Shown: piece by piece, positions 5,007 through 13,021 of the stretch | Numbering within the stretch: the first letter of the stretch is position 1 | How the letters are laid out: each line of letters begins with the position of its first letter | NCBI GenBank assembly: GCA_963642815.1 | Contig: CAVIIB010000011.1 | Coordinates: forward strand, 21,934 to 36,178 | DNA: 14,245 bases | Direction: 5' to 3' | Origin: Oscillospiraceae bacterium | GTDB lineage: Bacteria; Bacillota; Clostridia; Oscillospirales; Oscillospiraceae | Notes under the pieces: generated by a model | Seen by the model: the letters and a program-made list of their open reading frames with translations, nothing else | Told to the model about the DNA's origin: nothing | The model's database searches: none | Position numbers and translations under genes: made by a program

Positions 5007-6791
5007 TTGGACAAAGTAATCAAGGCTGATGTGCTGGTTATCGGCGGCGGTCAAGCCGGGTGGTTCGCGGCCATGAAGGCCCAGGAGCACGGTGCGAAGG
5101 TCGTCCTTGCGGATAAGGGCTATGCCGGAAAATCCGGTCAGTCACAGAACATCACCTGCATGGTGTATTTTGACCCGGAAAAGAACGATCTGAACAAATG
5201 GATTGAAGAGGGTGCCATCGCGGATGAGTGGCTCGAAAACCGCGACTGGGTTGAAACGGTCTATCTGGAAAGCAAGGCACGCTGGGACGACATGGCTCGC
5301 TGGGGAATGGTGTCCTGGCGCTACGATAAGAACGGCGATGCGTATCAAGCGCCGATCAACGGCTCTGACGATGAGCGCTGCCCCGGAGACCCTGAGGAGG
5401 ATCGTATTACAAATTACCTCATTGACAACCGCTATCACTACAAGCTGCGTCCTGTGTTCGAGAAGATCGGCGGCACGATCATCGACCGAATCATGATCAC
5501 CGACCTCATCAAGCAGGATGGGCGTATTGCGGGTGCCATCGGCTTCCGGGCGGACGAGGAGGACACTACATACATCTTCCATGTACCCGCCGTTGTGCTG
5601 GCTTGCGGCGCTGGTGGCATGAAGACGGCGGGCATCCGCACCACGACTACCACGGGCGACGCGCAGGCCATGGCTTACCGCATTGGCTGTGCAGTCACCG
5701 GTAAGGAATTTTCCGACCAGCACGGCGCTCGCGGCGATTTCCCGGCCTATCCATGGACGGGCAACGACCGCAACCCCTATTATCCGAAATACGATGAGAC
5801 CGTAAAGACGCTGGCGGAGCATCTGCCTCTTTACAACATCTATGAGCAGAAGGTCGACTGCAACCGTCCTAATCTGGAGCACCAGCACATTCTGCCTTTC
5901 AACGCGCTGGCGATGGCATGGGAAGCGCACTGCGGACGTGGCCCTGTGTTCTATAAGGTGGACGGCAATCCCGACACAGCGCCCATCAACCACAATCCGA
6001 GCGACAAGCCACGGGAAGAGGTCGATGAGGAATTCATGAAAAAGGGCATGGTTCGTATGTCCATCGGACGCGCCCTTGGTCAGTCCTATACCTTGGCCGA
6101 CGGCGTCTGGTCGGACGGACTGGAGTGCGAGACACAGGTTCCCGGCCTGTACGCCACCGGCGACTGCCTTGGTGCAAGGACAGGCTATCCCATGGCCGGG
6201 TTTGCAGCAGCCTTCACGGCTGTGTCCGGCTCTCGCGCCGGTATCAACGCCGCAGAATATGCGCAGAAATCCGGCGATTATGAACTCGATTCTAACGAGG
6301 TGGAGCGGCTAAAGAATACACTCTGGGCACCCATGAATCGGATCGGTGGCTTTACGCCCCGCTGGGCGATCCAGGTGATCCAAGACGCCTATCTTCCGTA
6401 CTGGATCTCCCTATATAAGAATGAGGAGCGGCTACAGGCAGCTCTGACAAATCTTCTATTCATCAGGGATAACATCATCCCCCAGCTCAAGGTCTACAAC
6501 AACCATGATCTGCGGCTGGCGCACGAGGCTCGGAACATCATTCTCCATATGGAGATGAAGATCCGTGCGGCTCTGATGCGCAAGGAAAGCCGCTGGTATC
6601 ACTACCGAGAGGATTACCCCCTGCGTGACGACGAAAACTGGCTTTGCTGGATAAAGATTCAGGATGTGAACGGCGAAATGACCTTTACTAAGATTCCGGT
6701 GCCTGAGAAGTGGCACCCCGATCACTCCCTGCCCTACAAGGAGCGCTATCCGATCCAGTTCCCCAATGAACCGGCTGTCCTGCCGAACTAA
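5007..6791 (+). CDS. FAD-dependent oxidoreductase, succinate dehydrogenase / fumarate reductase / APS reductase (AprA)-like flavoprotein
   Basis: It has an N-terminal Rossmann motif DVLVIGGGQAGWFAAMKAQEHGAKVVLADKG, a distal FAD motif YATGDCLGARTG, and a C-terminal RKESRWYHYREDYPLRDDENW typical of the FrdA/SdhA/NadB/AprA capping region. The likely start is TTG 5007, with GGAGG at 4994-4998 (8 nt upstream); the track start TTG 4992 overlaps that RBS. Confidence 0.85.
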   Translation: MDKVIKADVLVIGGGQAGWFAAMKAQEHGAKVVLADKGYAGKSGQSQNITCMVYFDPEKNDLNKWIEEGAIADEWLENRDWVETVYLESKARWDDMARWGMVSWRYDKNGDAYQAPINGSDDERCPGDPEEDRITNYLIDNRYHYKLRPVFEKIGGTIIDRIMITDLIKQDGRIAGAIGFRADEEDTTYIFHVPAVVLACGAGGMKTAGIRTTTTTGDAQAMAYRIGCAVTGKEFSDQHGARGDFPAYPWTGNDRNPYYPKYDETVKTLAEHLPLYNIYEQKVDCNRPNLEHQHILPFNALAMAWEAHCGRGPVFYKVDGNPDTAPINHNPSDKPREEVDEEFMKKGMVRMSIGRALGQSYTLADGVWSDGLECETQVPGLYATGDCLGARTGYPMAGFAAAFTAVSGSRAGINAAEYAQKSGDYELDSNEVERLKNTLWAPMNRIGGFTPRWAIQVIQDAYLPYWISLYKNEERLQAALTNLLFIRDNIIPQLKVYNNHDLRLAHEARNIILHMEMKIRAALMRKESRWYHYREDYPLRDDENWLCWIKIQDVNGEMTFTKIPVPEKWHPDHSLPYKERYPIQFPNEPAVLPN

Positions 6792-6805
6792 AGAGAGGTG
6801 TAAAC

Positions 6806-7024
6806 ATGGCTATTGAGAGAATCGACCTTGGGAAATGTGTGGGCTGCGGCACCTGCCGAAATGTTTGCAGCTGTGATGTTATCCGGCTCGACGACAAGGG
6901 TATGCCCTATATCAAATATAAGGACGAGTGCTGTGTGTGCCTGTACTGCATGGAGGATTGCCCCACGGGCGCGATCTATGTAGCGCCGGAGAAATATCTG
7001 AAGCAGAAAAACGCCTGGGGCTGA
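6806..7024 (+). CDS. 2x[4Fe-4S] ferredoxin (72 aa)
   Basis: Two cluster motifs are present: CVGCGTCRNVC and CVCLYCMEDCP. The RBS AGAGGTG lies 5 nt upstream, and the gene starts 14 nt after the flavoprotein stop. Confidence 0.85.
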   Translation: MAIERIDLGKCVGCGTCRNVCSCDVIRLDDKGMPYIKYKDECCVCLYCMEDCPTGAIYVAPEKYLKQKNAWG

Positions 7025-7071
7025 CATAAGCGCAGGATGTGACCCATACCCCACCATGATAACGAAAAAAT

Positions 7072-7096
7072 GGTGTCCACCGGGATGCTGGACACC
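7072..7096. other. Intra-operon stem-loop GGTGTCCA-ccgggatgc-TGGACACC
   Basis: An 8-bp stem sits between the ferredoxin and SBP genes, flanked by A-runs on the + strand, so it is not a + strand terminator. It may be an mRNA processing or stability element. Confidence 0.35.
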
Positions 7097-7126
7097 AAAA
7101 ATAAAACAGAAAGTTGAGGTATTGCA

Positions 7127-8743
7127 ATGAAAAAGACCCTATCGCTCCTTCTGGCTCTTGTGCTTTGCCTTGGTATGCTGACCGCCTGTGGCAGCAGTGA
7201 GCCAGTGGAAGAAGACAGCGCAGCGGTGACCGAAGCGGTCAAGGAGGAAACCGTCTTGGAGGTGGAGGCTGCCGCAGTTCCCGAAGGCAAGACAGACCTT
7301 GTTGTGGGCGGCTTTACGGACACCACATCCTTTGATCCCTTGTCGGAGACCAATGACACGAGCATCATGATCGGCCTCTGTGTGTTCGACAACCTCTTCA
7401 CCCTGAACGACGACGGAAGTTTTAATTACCAGCTTGCCGAAAATGCGGAGTGGGTCGAGAATGACGGCGCATGGTCCGTTGTGATCACGCTGAAACCGGG
7501 GATCAAGTTCCATTCTGGGGACGAGCTTTCCTGTGAGGATGTGCTTTTTACCTTGCAGCGTATGTCCGACAACTTCATGTACAGCAGCCGCGTCTCAGCT
7601 GCCAACTTTGATGAGGCGGTCATCGACGGAAACACGCTCACCATTCCCATGCATCGGTATGATGCTCGCTTCCTGCCTAATCTGACCAGTGAGCTCGGCT
7701 ATATTCTGAACAAGAGCTACGTTGAGGAGGTCGGCGATGAGAAGGCCTTCCAGCAGCCCGACGGCACCGGCCCGTATGTCTTTACGAAGTGGGTCACCAA
7801 CGAATCCGTCACGCTCACCCGCAACGAGGAATACTGGGGCGATGCCGGAGCGTTTGAGACGATCGTCTACAAATTCTTCTCCGATGACAACACGAGAGTT
7901 CTGGAGTTTGAGGCCGGCAATCTGGACATCTGCGCCGTGGAATCCGGCGAAAATCTGGACAGCCTCGCGGCTGGTGATTATGAGGGCTGCGGCCTGTATA
8001 CATGGCTGACAAACAAGATGGGTATGCTGTTCTTCAACAACAGCACGGAGAGTTCGCCTTTCTATGAGAACCCCGCACTGCGCAAGGCAGTGGCCGCAGC
8101 CATTGACCTGGAAGCAATCGTTGAGTCCATGGGCGGCTCCACTACGGTCGCTGCGACCTCCTCGTTGCCCACCAGCGCTGCCGCCTATGCGGAGCATCTG
8201 AATGTCTATGACCCTGAGCTTGCCAAGCAGTATCTGGAGGAAGCGGGCTATCCGAACGGCTTCTCTTTCACCTTTATGGTCGCTTCCGATCAGGGCTCCA
8301 ACCTAAAAATGGCGGAGGCTATCCAGGCATATCTGAGCCAGGTTGGCATCGAAATGACGATCGAACCGCTGGATCTCGGCACGCTCATGGGCTATCAGAT
8401 GAGCGGCGAACAGGTCTGCGGCATCGTGGATAACACCATCCGCGGCGATGACTATGAGATGTATCAGAACCAGGAGCTCGGCTCCGGCAACAAGCTTACG
8501 GAGATCCACAATGATGATTATCAGGCTCTGCTCAGCAGCATCCTCTCCGAGCGGGATCATGATACTCGTATCAAGCTGTTCCAGGAGATTCAGGACACGG
8601 TCTATGACCAGTGCTACTTTGTGCCGCTGTATCAGAACCGTGGCGCGTGGGCCTATCAGGACTATGTGACCGGTCTAGATGAAAACGGCGTTCTCACAGC
8701 GGAGAAAATCGTGGACTTTGCTGCGCTCGGCTTTGTCAAGTAA
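7127..8743 (+). CDS. ABC transporter substrate-binding lipoprotein, family 5 (Opp/Dpp/Nik type)
   Basis: The signal peptide carries the lipobox MKKTLSLLLALVLCLGMLTA-C. Family-5 hallmarks are present (..LAENAEWVENDGAWSVVITLKPGIKFHSGDELSCEDVLFTLQRM..). The RBS GAGGT lies 6 nt upstream. Confidence 0.9.
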   Translation: MKKTLSLLLALVLCLGMLTACGSSEPVEEDSAAVTEAVKEETVLEVEAAAVPEGKTDLVVGGFTDTTSFDPLSETNDTSIMIGLCVFDNLFTLNDDGSFNYQLAENAEWVENDGAWSVVITLKPGIKFHSGDELSCEDVLFTLQRMSDNFMYSSRVSAANFDEAVIDGNTLTIPMHRYDARFLPNLTSELGYILNKSYVEEVGDEKAFQQPDGTGPYVFTKWVTNESVTLTRNEEYWGDAGAFETIVYKFFSDDNTRVLEFEAGNLDICAVESGENLDSLAAGDYEGCGLYTWLTNKMGMLFFNNSTESSPFYENPALRKAVAAAIDLEAIVESMGGSTTVAATSSLPTSAAAYAEHLNVYDPELAKQYLEEAGYPNGFSFTFMVASDQGSNLKMAEAIQAYLSQVGIEMTIEPLDLGTLMGYQMSGEQVCGIVDNTIRGDDYEMYQNQELGSGNKLTEIHNDDYQALLSSILSERDHDTRIKLFQEIQDTVYDQCYFVPLYQNRGAWAYQDYVTGLDENGVLTAEKIVDFAALGFVK

Positions 8744-8756
8744 TTTACACCGCAAC

Positions 8757-8782
8757 CAAGGGGCGTTTTACGACGCCCCTTG
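8757..8782 (+). terminator. Stem-loop after the SBP gene (attenuator/stabiliser; no T-tract)
   Basis: A 10-bp stem CAAGGGGCGT / ACGCCCCTTG with loop TTTACG lies 14 nt after the stop. The lack of a U-run suggests partial termination or 3' end protection, as is common after SBP genes. Confidence 0.4.
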
Positions 8783-8841
8783 CCTTGCATGGTGTCCTCA
8801 TCCTGTTACGGCGTTTTTGTGAACAGACAAGGAGATTCTCG

Positions 8842-9900
8842 ATGATCAAATACACAATAAAACGGCTTCTGCTGATGATCCCTATACTGCTTGGGGTAAT
8901 TCTTGTCGTTTTCACCATCAATTATTTTTCCACCGGCTCACCGGCTATGGCGCTGCTGGGCAGCGCGGCGACACCGGAGAACATCGCGTCGGTCGAACAT
9001 GAGCTGGGTCTGGATCGTCCCTATTTTGTCCAGCTGGGAGAGTATTTGTGGAATATTATCACCAAGTTCGATCTTGGAAACTCCTATGCGTATAAGCGGC
9101 CAGTGATCGAAATGATCGGCGAGGTGGTCGGAAAAACCGTCGCGCTGGGTCTTTTGGGGACGGCTTTATGTATATTGATCGGCGTACCGCTGGGCATATT
9201 TGCGGCAACAAAGCAATACTCCGTCATTGACTATATCTCCACGATCTTCGCGACACTTCTGGCGGCGCTTCCCAGCTTTTGGCTTGCGCTTATGCTTATG
9301 CTCTTGTTCTCGGTAAAGCTGGGATGGCTACCGATATCGGGTCTGGACGGGCCGCTGAGCTATATTCTGCCGGTGCTGTCGATCGGTGCGTTCCCAGTGG
9401 CGATGATCACCCGCATGACCCGTTCGTCCATGCTAGAGGTCATCCGTCAGGACTACATCGTGACGGCGAAAGCCAAGGGACTGCCATCTTCCGTCGTTAT
9501 TTTCCGCCATGCCATGAGAAACGGCATGATCCCGGTCGTGACCATGATCGGTGTGAGCGCCGGCCTCGCTATGACCGGCACTATCATCATCGAGACGATC
9601 TTCAACATACCGGGCATGGGTATGCTGATGAACTCCGCCATCAATAAATACGACTATCTTCTCACACAGGGTGTCGTCCTCATCTGCGCCATCATCATCT
9701 GTGGGACAAATCTCCTGACTGATCTGGTGTATGCGCTCATTGACCCAAGGATCCGGGAGCAGTATGCGAATTCCGCCCGCCATGCCGGAGGGCGTCTGGC
9801 GGCAAAGAAAAAGAAGCGTGAGATCCAAGAAGAAGCCGCAGAGGCTGTATCACGGCAGCCCTTACAGAGCGATGAGGCGGGAGGGGAAAACGATGGCTAA
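8842..9900 (+). CDS. ABC transporter permease (DppB/OppB type) with a hydrophilic C-terminal tail
   Basis: ATG 8842 (MIKYTIKRLLLMIPILLGV...) has GGAG 7 nt upstream; the track start 8785 is an extension. The protein has the usual ..DPRIR ending, followed by a 47-aa charged tail. Confidence 0.9.
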   Translation: MIKYTIKRLLLMIPILLGVILVVFTINYFSTGSPAMALLGSAATPENIASVEHELGLDRPYFVQLGEYLWNIITKFDLGNSYAYKRPVIEMIGEVVGKTVALGLLGTALCILIGVPLGIFAATKQYSVIDYISTIFATLLAALPSFWLALMLMLLFSVKLGWLPISGLDGPLSYILPVLSIGAFPVAMITRMTRSSMLEVIRQDYIVTAKAKGLPSSVVIFRHAMRNGMIPVVTMIGVSAGLAMTGTIIIETIFNIPGMGMLMNSAINKYDYLLTQGVVLICAIIICGTNLLTDLVYALIDPRIREQYANSARHAGGRLAAKKKKREIQEEAAEAVSRQPLQSDEAGGENDG

Positions 9901-10792
9901 GACCAAGCAAGAAAGCTGCGCCCTTGTAAAACAGGAGGCGAGCGATACCAAGAAGCGCTCCCAGGCAGAGGAGACATGGCGTGGACTGAAAAAGAACAAG
10001 CTTGCCATGGTGTCGCTGGCGTTTATCATTGTTTTGGTGCTTTCCTGCGCCTGTGCCGACTGGCTGGCGCCATACGATTATGATAAGATCGATCTCTCCG
10101 CCCGTATGCAGCTTCCCAGCTGGGAGCATTTGATGGGTACGGATGATTTTGGACGGGATATTTTCTCCCGCATACTTTACGGAGGCAGGGTCTCTCTGCT
10201 GGTGGCTCTGTGTACGGTCGCAGCCAGCATTGTGATCTCCACTATTCTGGGTGCGACTGCCGGTTATTTTGGCGGCTGGTATGATAACCTTGTCATGCGG
10301 CTGACCGATGTATTTATGGCGATCCCCGGTATGCTCCTTTCTATTTCCGTCTGCGCGGCTCTTGGCTCCGGCATTGTGAATACCGGCATCGCCATGACCG
10401 TCTGCAATATTCCGAGCCTGACCCGTGTGGTGCGCTCCTCAACGCTGCTGCTCCGCGATCAGGAATACATCGAGGCGGCTACTTCCTTCGGCGCAGGGCG
10501 GTGGCATATTATCAAACGCCACATCATCCCCAATATTCTGGCGCCTATCATCGTGCAGTCGTCTCTGAAACTCGGTGATGCCATTCTGTCTATCGCGGGA
10601 CTGAGCTTCATCGGTTTGGGGATACAGCCGCCGACACCGGAATGGGGCTCCATGCTCAATAGCGGCAGGGAGTTCATCCGTTCCTTCTGGCCGCTCATTA
10701 CCTTCCCCGGTATCATGATCGCGCTCACCATGCTTGCCTTTAACCTACTGGGAGACGGACTGCGGGATGCCATGGATCCCCGGCTCAAGTGA
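9893..10792 (+). CDS. ABC transporter permease (DppC/OppC type)
   Basis: ATG 9893 (MAKTKQES...) has GGAGGGG upstream and overlaps the upstream stop (ATGGCTAA). The C-terminus ..LLGDGLRDAMDPRLK is typical. The track start 9731 overlaps the previous gene by 170 nt and is unlikely. Confidence 0.9.
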   Translation: MAKTKQESCALVKQEASDTKKRSQAEETWRGLKKNKLAMVSLAFIIVLVLSCACADWLAPYDYDKIDLSARMQLPSWEHLMGTDDFGRDIFSRILYGGRVSLLVALCTVAASIVISTILGATAGYFGGWYDNLVMRLTDVFMAIPGMLLSISVCAALGSGIVNTGIAMTVCNIPSLTRVVRSSTLLLRDQEYIEAATSFGAGRWHIIKRHIIPNILAPIIVQSSLKLGDAILSIAGLSFIGLGIQPPTPEWGSMLNSGREFIRSFWPLITFPGIMIALTMLAFNLLGDGLRDAMDPRLK

Positions 10793-10804
10793 GGAGGGAC
10801 GAAG

Positions 10805-11782
10805 ATGAATAAGCTGCTGGAAGTCAAAAATCTAGTCGTTGAATACAAGACCGATGAGAGCATAATACACGCGGTCAACGGTGTGAGCTTTGCTGTTGAG
10901 GAGGGTAAGGTTTTGGGCATTGTCGGCGAGACAGGTGCCGGAAAGACTACGACCTGCAAAAGCATACTGAGGCTCATATCGGAGATCAACGGAAAGATCA
11001 AAGAGGGCGAGATCCTTTATAGAGGCATGGACATTCTCAAAATGTCCGATGTCGAGATGGGAAAGATCCGGGGCGGAGAGATATCCATGATTTTTCAGGA
11101 TCCGATGACAGCGCTGAATCCGATCATGACCGTGGGAAAACAGATCGGAGAGATCATACGCCGCCATCAAAAGTGCTCGCGGGCGGAGACAGAGCTCCGG
11201 GTCGCGGAGATGCTGGAGCGCGTGGGTATCAGCCGGGAGAGAGCCTCGGACTATCCCCACCAGTTCTCCGGCGGCATGAAGCAGCGTGTGGTGATTGCGA
11301 TGGCGCTTGCGTGCAATCCATCCCTGCTGCTGGCGGACGAGCCGACGACGGCGCTGGATGTCACCATTCAGGCACAAATGCTTGAGATGATAAAACGTCT
11401 TCAGGAGGAATATCATACAGCTATGATCCTTATTACCCATGATTTGGGGATCGTGGCAGAGACCTGTGATTATGTGGGGATCATGTACGCTGGCGAGATC
11501 GTGGAGTTCGGCTCTGCCCAGCACATTTTCGAGAATGCGCGACATCCCTACACGCAAGGATTATTTAACGCTATTCCAAGCATTGACAAGCGCGTGAAGC
11601 GTCTGGCGGTCATTCCGGGGCTTGTGCCGGATCCGTCAGACCTGCCGGAGGGGTGCAGGTTTAGCCCCCGCTGCGGCTGCCATACCGGCGTATGCAGCGA
11701 GTGCTGCCCCAGCTATGAAGAGGTGGAGCAGGGACATTTGGTGAAATGCTTCCATGCTTGGAAAGGAAAGGACGGAGAATGA
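10805..11782 (+). CDS. ABC transporter ATP-binding protein (OppD/DppD type)
   Basis: It has Walker [10 protein letters not shown], signature FSGGMKQR, Walker [14 protein letters not shown]-loop ITHDL, and an oligopeptide-type C-terminal domain with a Cys cluster. The RBS GGAGGG lies upstream. Confidence 0.9.
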   Translation: MNKLLEVKNLVVEYKTDESIIHAVNGVSFAVEEGKVLGIVGETGAGKTTTCKSILRLISEINGKIKEGEILYRGMDILKMSDVEMGKIRGGEISMIFQDPMTALNPIMTVGKQIGEIIRRHQKCSRAETELRVAEMLERVGISRERASDYPHQFSGGMKQRVVIAMALACNPSLLLADEPTTALDVTIQAQMLEMIKRLQEEYHTAMILITHDLGIVAETCDYVGIMYAGEIVEFGSAQHIFENARHPYTQGLFNAIPSIDKRVKRLAVIPGLVPDPSDLPEGCRFSPRCGCHTGVCSECCPSYEEVEQGHLVKCFHAWKGKDGE

Positions 11783-12729
11783 CCATGAGCTCGATTTTGA
11801 CTGTAAAGCATCTAAAGAAACACTTCAATTCAGCTCACGGTATCATTCACGCAGTTGAAGATATTTCCTTTGATGTAGAGGAGCGCACAACGCTGGGAGT
11901 TGTGGGAGAATCCGGCTGCGGAAAATCCACGCTCGGCAGAATGATCGTCGGACTTTCAGAACCTACCGATGGCGAGGTGAGCTTTGACGGCGTGAATATC
12001 ACTAGTCTGAAAAAGAGGGAGCGCAGCGAATTTCGCAGGAAAATGCAGATGGTATTCCAGGACCCGTCCTCCAGCCTTGATCCCCGTATGTCCGTTCACG
12101 ACCTTATTGAGGAACCGCTGGTGGTAGCTAAGACCTGCCGGACGTCGGCGGAGAGAACGGCCAGAGTGCGGCAGATGATGGACACGGTGGGGCTGGCCTC
12201 GCGATTTGAGTACTCATATTCTCATGAGCTGGACGGTGGCCGGCGGCAGCGCATCGGTATTGCGCGGGCACTGGTGCTCAATCCGCAGTTTATCGTCTGC
12301 GACGAGCCGGTTTCGGCGCTGGATGTGTCCATTCAAGCACAGATCCTGAATCTTTTACAGGATCTGCAGGATGAGCTTGGCCTTACCTATCTGTTTATCA
12401 CCCACGATCTGGCGGTGGTGAATCATATCTCCGACTCCATTCTGGTCATGTATATGGGAGCGGCGGTGGAAATGGCCCCGGTGGACGAGCTTTTCAAGAA
12501 CCCGAAGCACCCGTATACGCACGGTTTGCTTTCAGCCATTCCCATTCCCAAGCTGCGGCCTGAGCGCAAACGCTTTTTGCTGCAAGGGGAAGTCACGAAG
12601 CCGGATGGGAAGCCCGGATGCAAATTCGCCCCGCGCTGTCCCAAGGCGTCAGAGGAATGCTTCTCCGTGACACCACAGCTGCAAAGCGTGGGCGAGCAGC
12701 ACCGCGTGGCCTGCCACCACATCGAGTAA
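11779..12729 (+). CDS. ABC transporter ATP-binding protein (OppF/DppF type)
   Basis: It has Walker A GESGCGKST, Walker B FIVCDEPVSALD and H-loop ITHDL; the signature reads LDGGRRQR (atypical). ATG 11779 overlaps the upstream TGA (ATGA). ATG 11785, with GGAG 7 nt upstream, is an equally good start. Confidence 0.9.
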   Translation: MTMSSILTVKHLKKHFNSAHGIIHAVEDISFDVEERTTLGVVGESGCGKSTLGRMIVGLSEPTDGEVSFDGVNITSLKKRERSEFRRKMQMVFQDPSSSLDPRMSVHDLIEEPLVVAKTCRTSAERTARVRQMMDTVGLASRFEYSYSHELDGGRRQRIGIARALVLNPQFIVCDEPVSALDVSIQAQILNLLQDLQDELGLTYLFITHDLAVVNHISDSILVMYMGAAVEMAPVDELFKNPKHPYTHGLLSAIPIPKLRPERKRFLLQGEVTKPDGKPGCKFAPRCPKASEECFSVTPQLQSVGEQHRVACHHIE

Positions 12730-12782
12730 ACGCGAGTTTATTTGCATGAGCGCTGCGCTCAAAAATGTATCATTTGGGGCAC

Positions 12783-12876
12783 AAAGCCTCTGCTTTTTCC
12801 TCTCCGACCGCCGCAAGTAGGCGGGGTTGGTGTTTTCCAATGGAACACACCTGTGAGGCAAAGCAGAGGCTTTTTT
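12783..12876 (+). terminator. Compound terminator / three-way structured element after the ABC operon
   Basis: A perfect 14-bp outer stem AAAGCCTCTGCTTT (12783-12796) / AAAGCAGAGGCTTT (12860-12873) is followed by TTT. It encloses two inner hairpins: CCGACCGCC..GGCGGGGTTGG and the near-palindrome GGTGTTTTCCAATGGAACACACC. Confidence 0.6.
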
Positions 12877-12955
12877 CGTGGAAACCAACATTTTTCAAAA
12901 GCAAAAAAAGAGAACGCTTTTCTCGGAAATATTTTCGGATTCTTCCCTTGACACC

Positions 12956-12984
12956 TTTTCAAATGGATTCCAAACCGTTATAAT
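12956..12984 (+). promoter_or_regulatory. Candidate promoter of the recombinase gene
   Basis: A perfect TATAAT (12979-12984) has a weak -35 TTTTCA 17 nt upstream (12956-12961). A perfect TTGACA at 12948-12953 is 25 nt away, which is too far. Confidence 0.3.
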
Positions 12985-13021
12985 ATATCTACCAACCTAA
13001 CAAATAACGCGAGGTGTCGCT

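Noticed and set aside
4542-5090. 182-aa minus ORF spanning the LysR 3' end and the flavoprotein 5' end
   Set aside because: It is antisense to two well-supported genes and crosses the intergenic promoter region. No motifs.
5142-5993. 283-aa minus-strand ORF inside the flavoprotein gene, plus other antisense or off-frame ORFs in the operon (6976-7401, 7595-8197, 9433-9828, 10459-11001, 10832-11557, 12423-12722)
   Set aside because: All overlap strongly supported + strand genes, lack RBSs and have Arg/Ala/Gly-biased shadow composition.
8785-8841. Upstream extensions of ABC genes in the track (8785-8841, 9731-9892, 11746-11778)
   Set aside because: Internal ATGs with proper SD spacing give N-termini typical of the families. 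The extensions overlap upstream genes or lack RBSs.
12854-12863. 10-nt identity (TGAGGCAAAG) with the 3' end of the CRISPR repeat
   Set aside because: It is a single short match inside the terminator stem, with no flanking similarity and no repeat periodicity. Chance is plausible in 14 kb on two strands.
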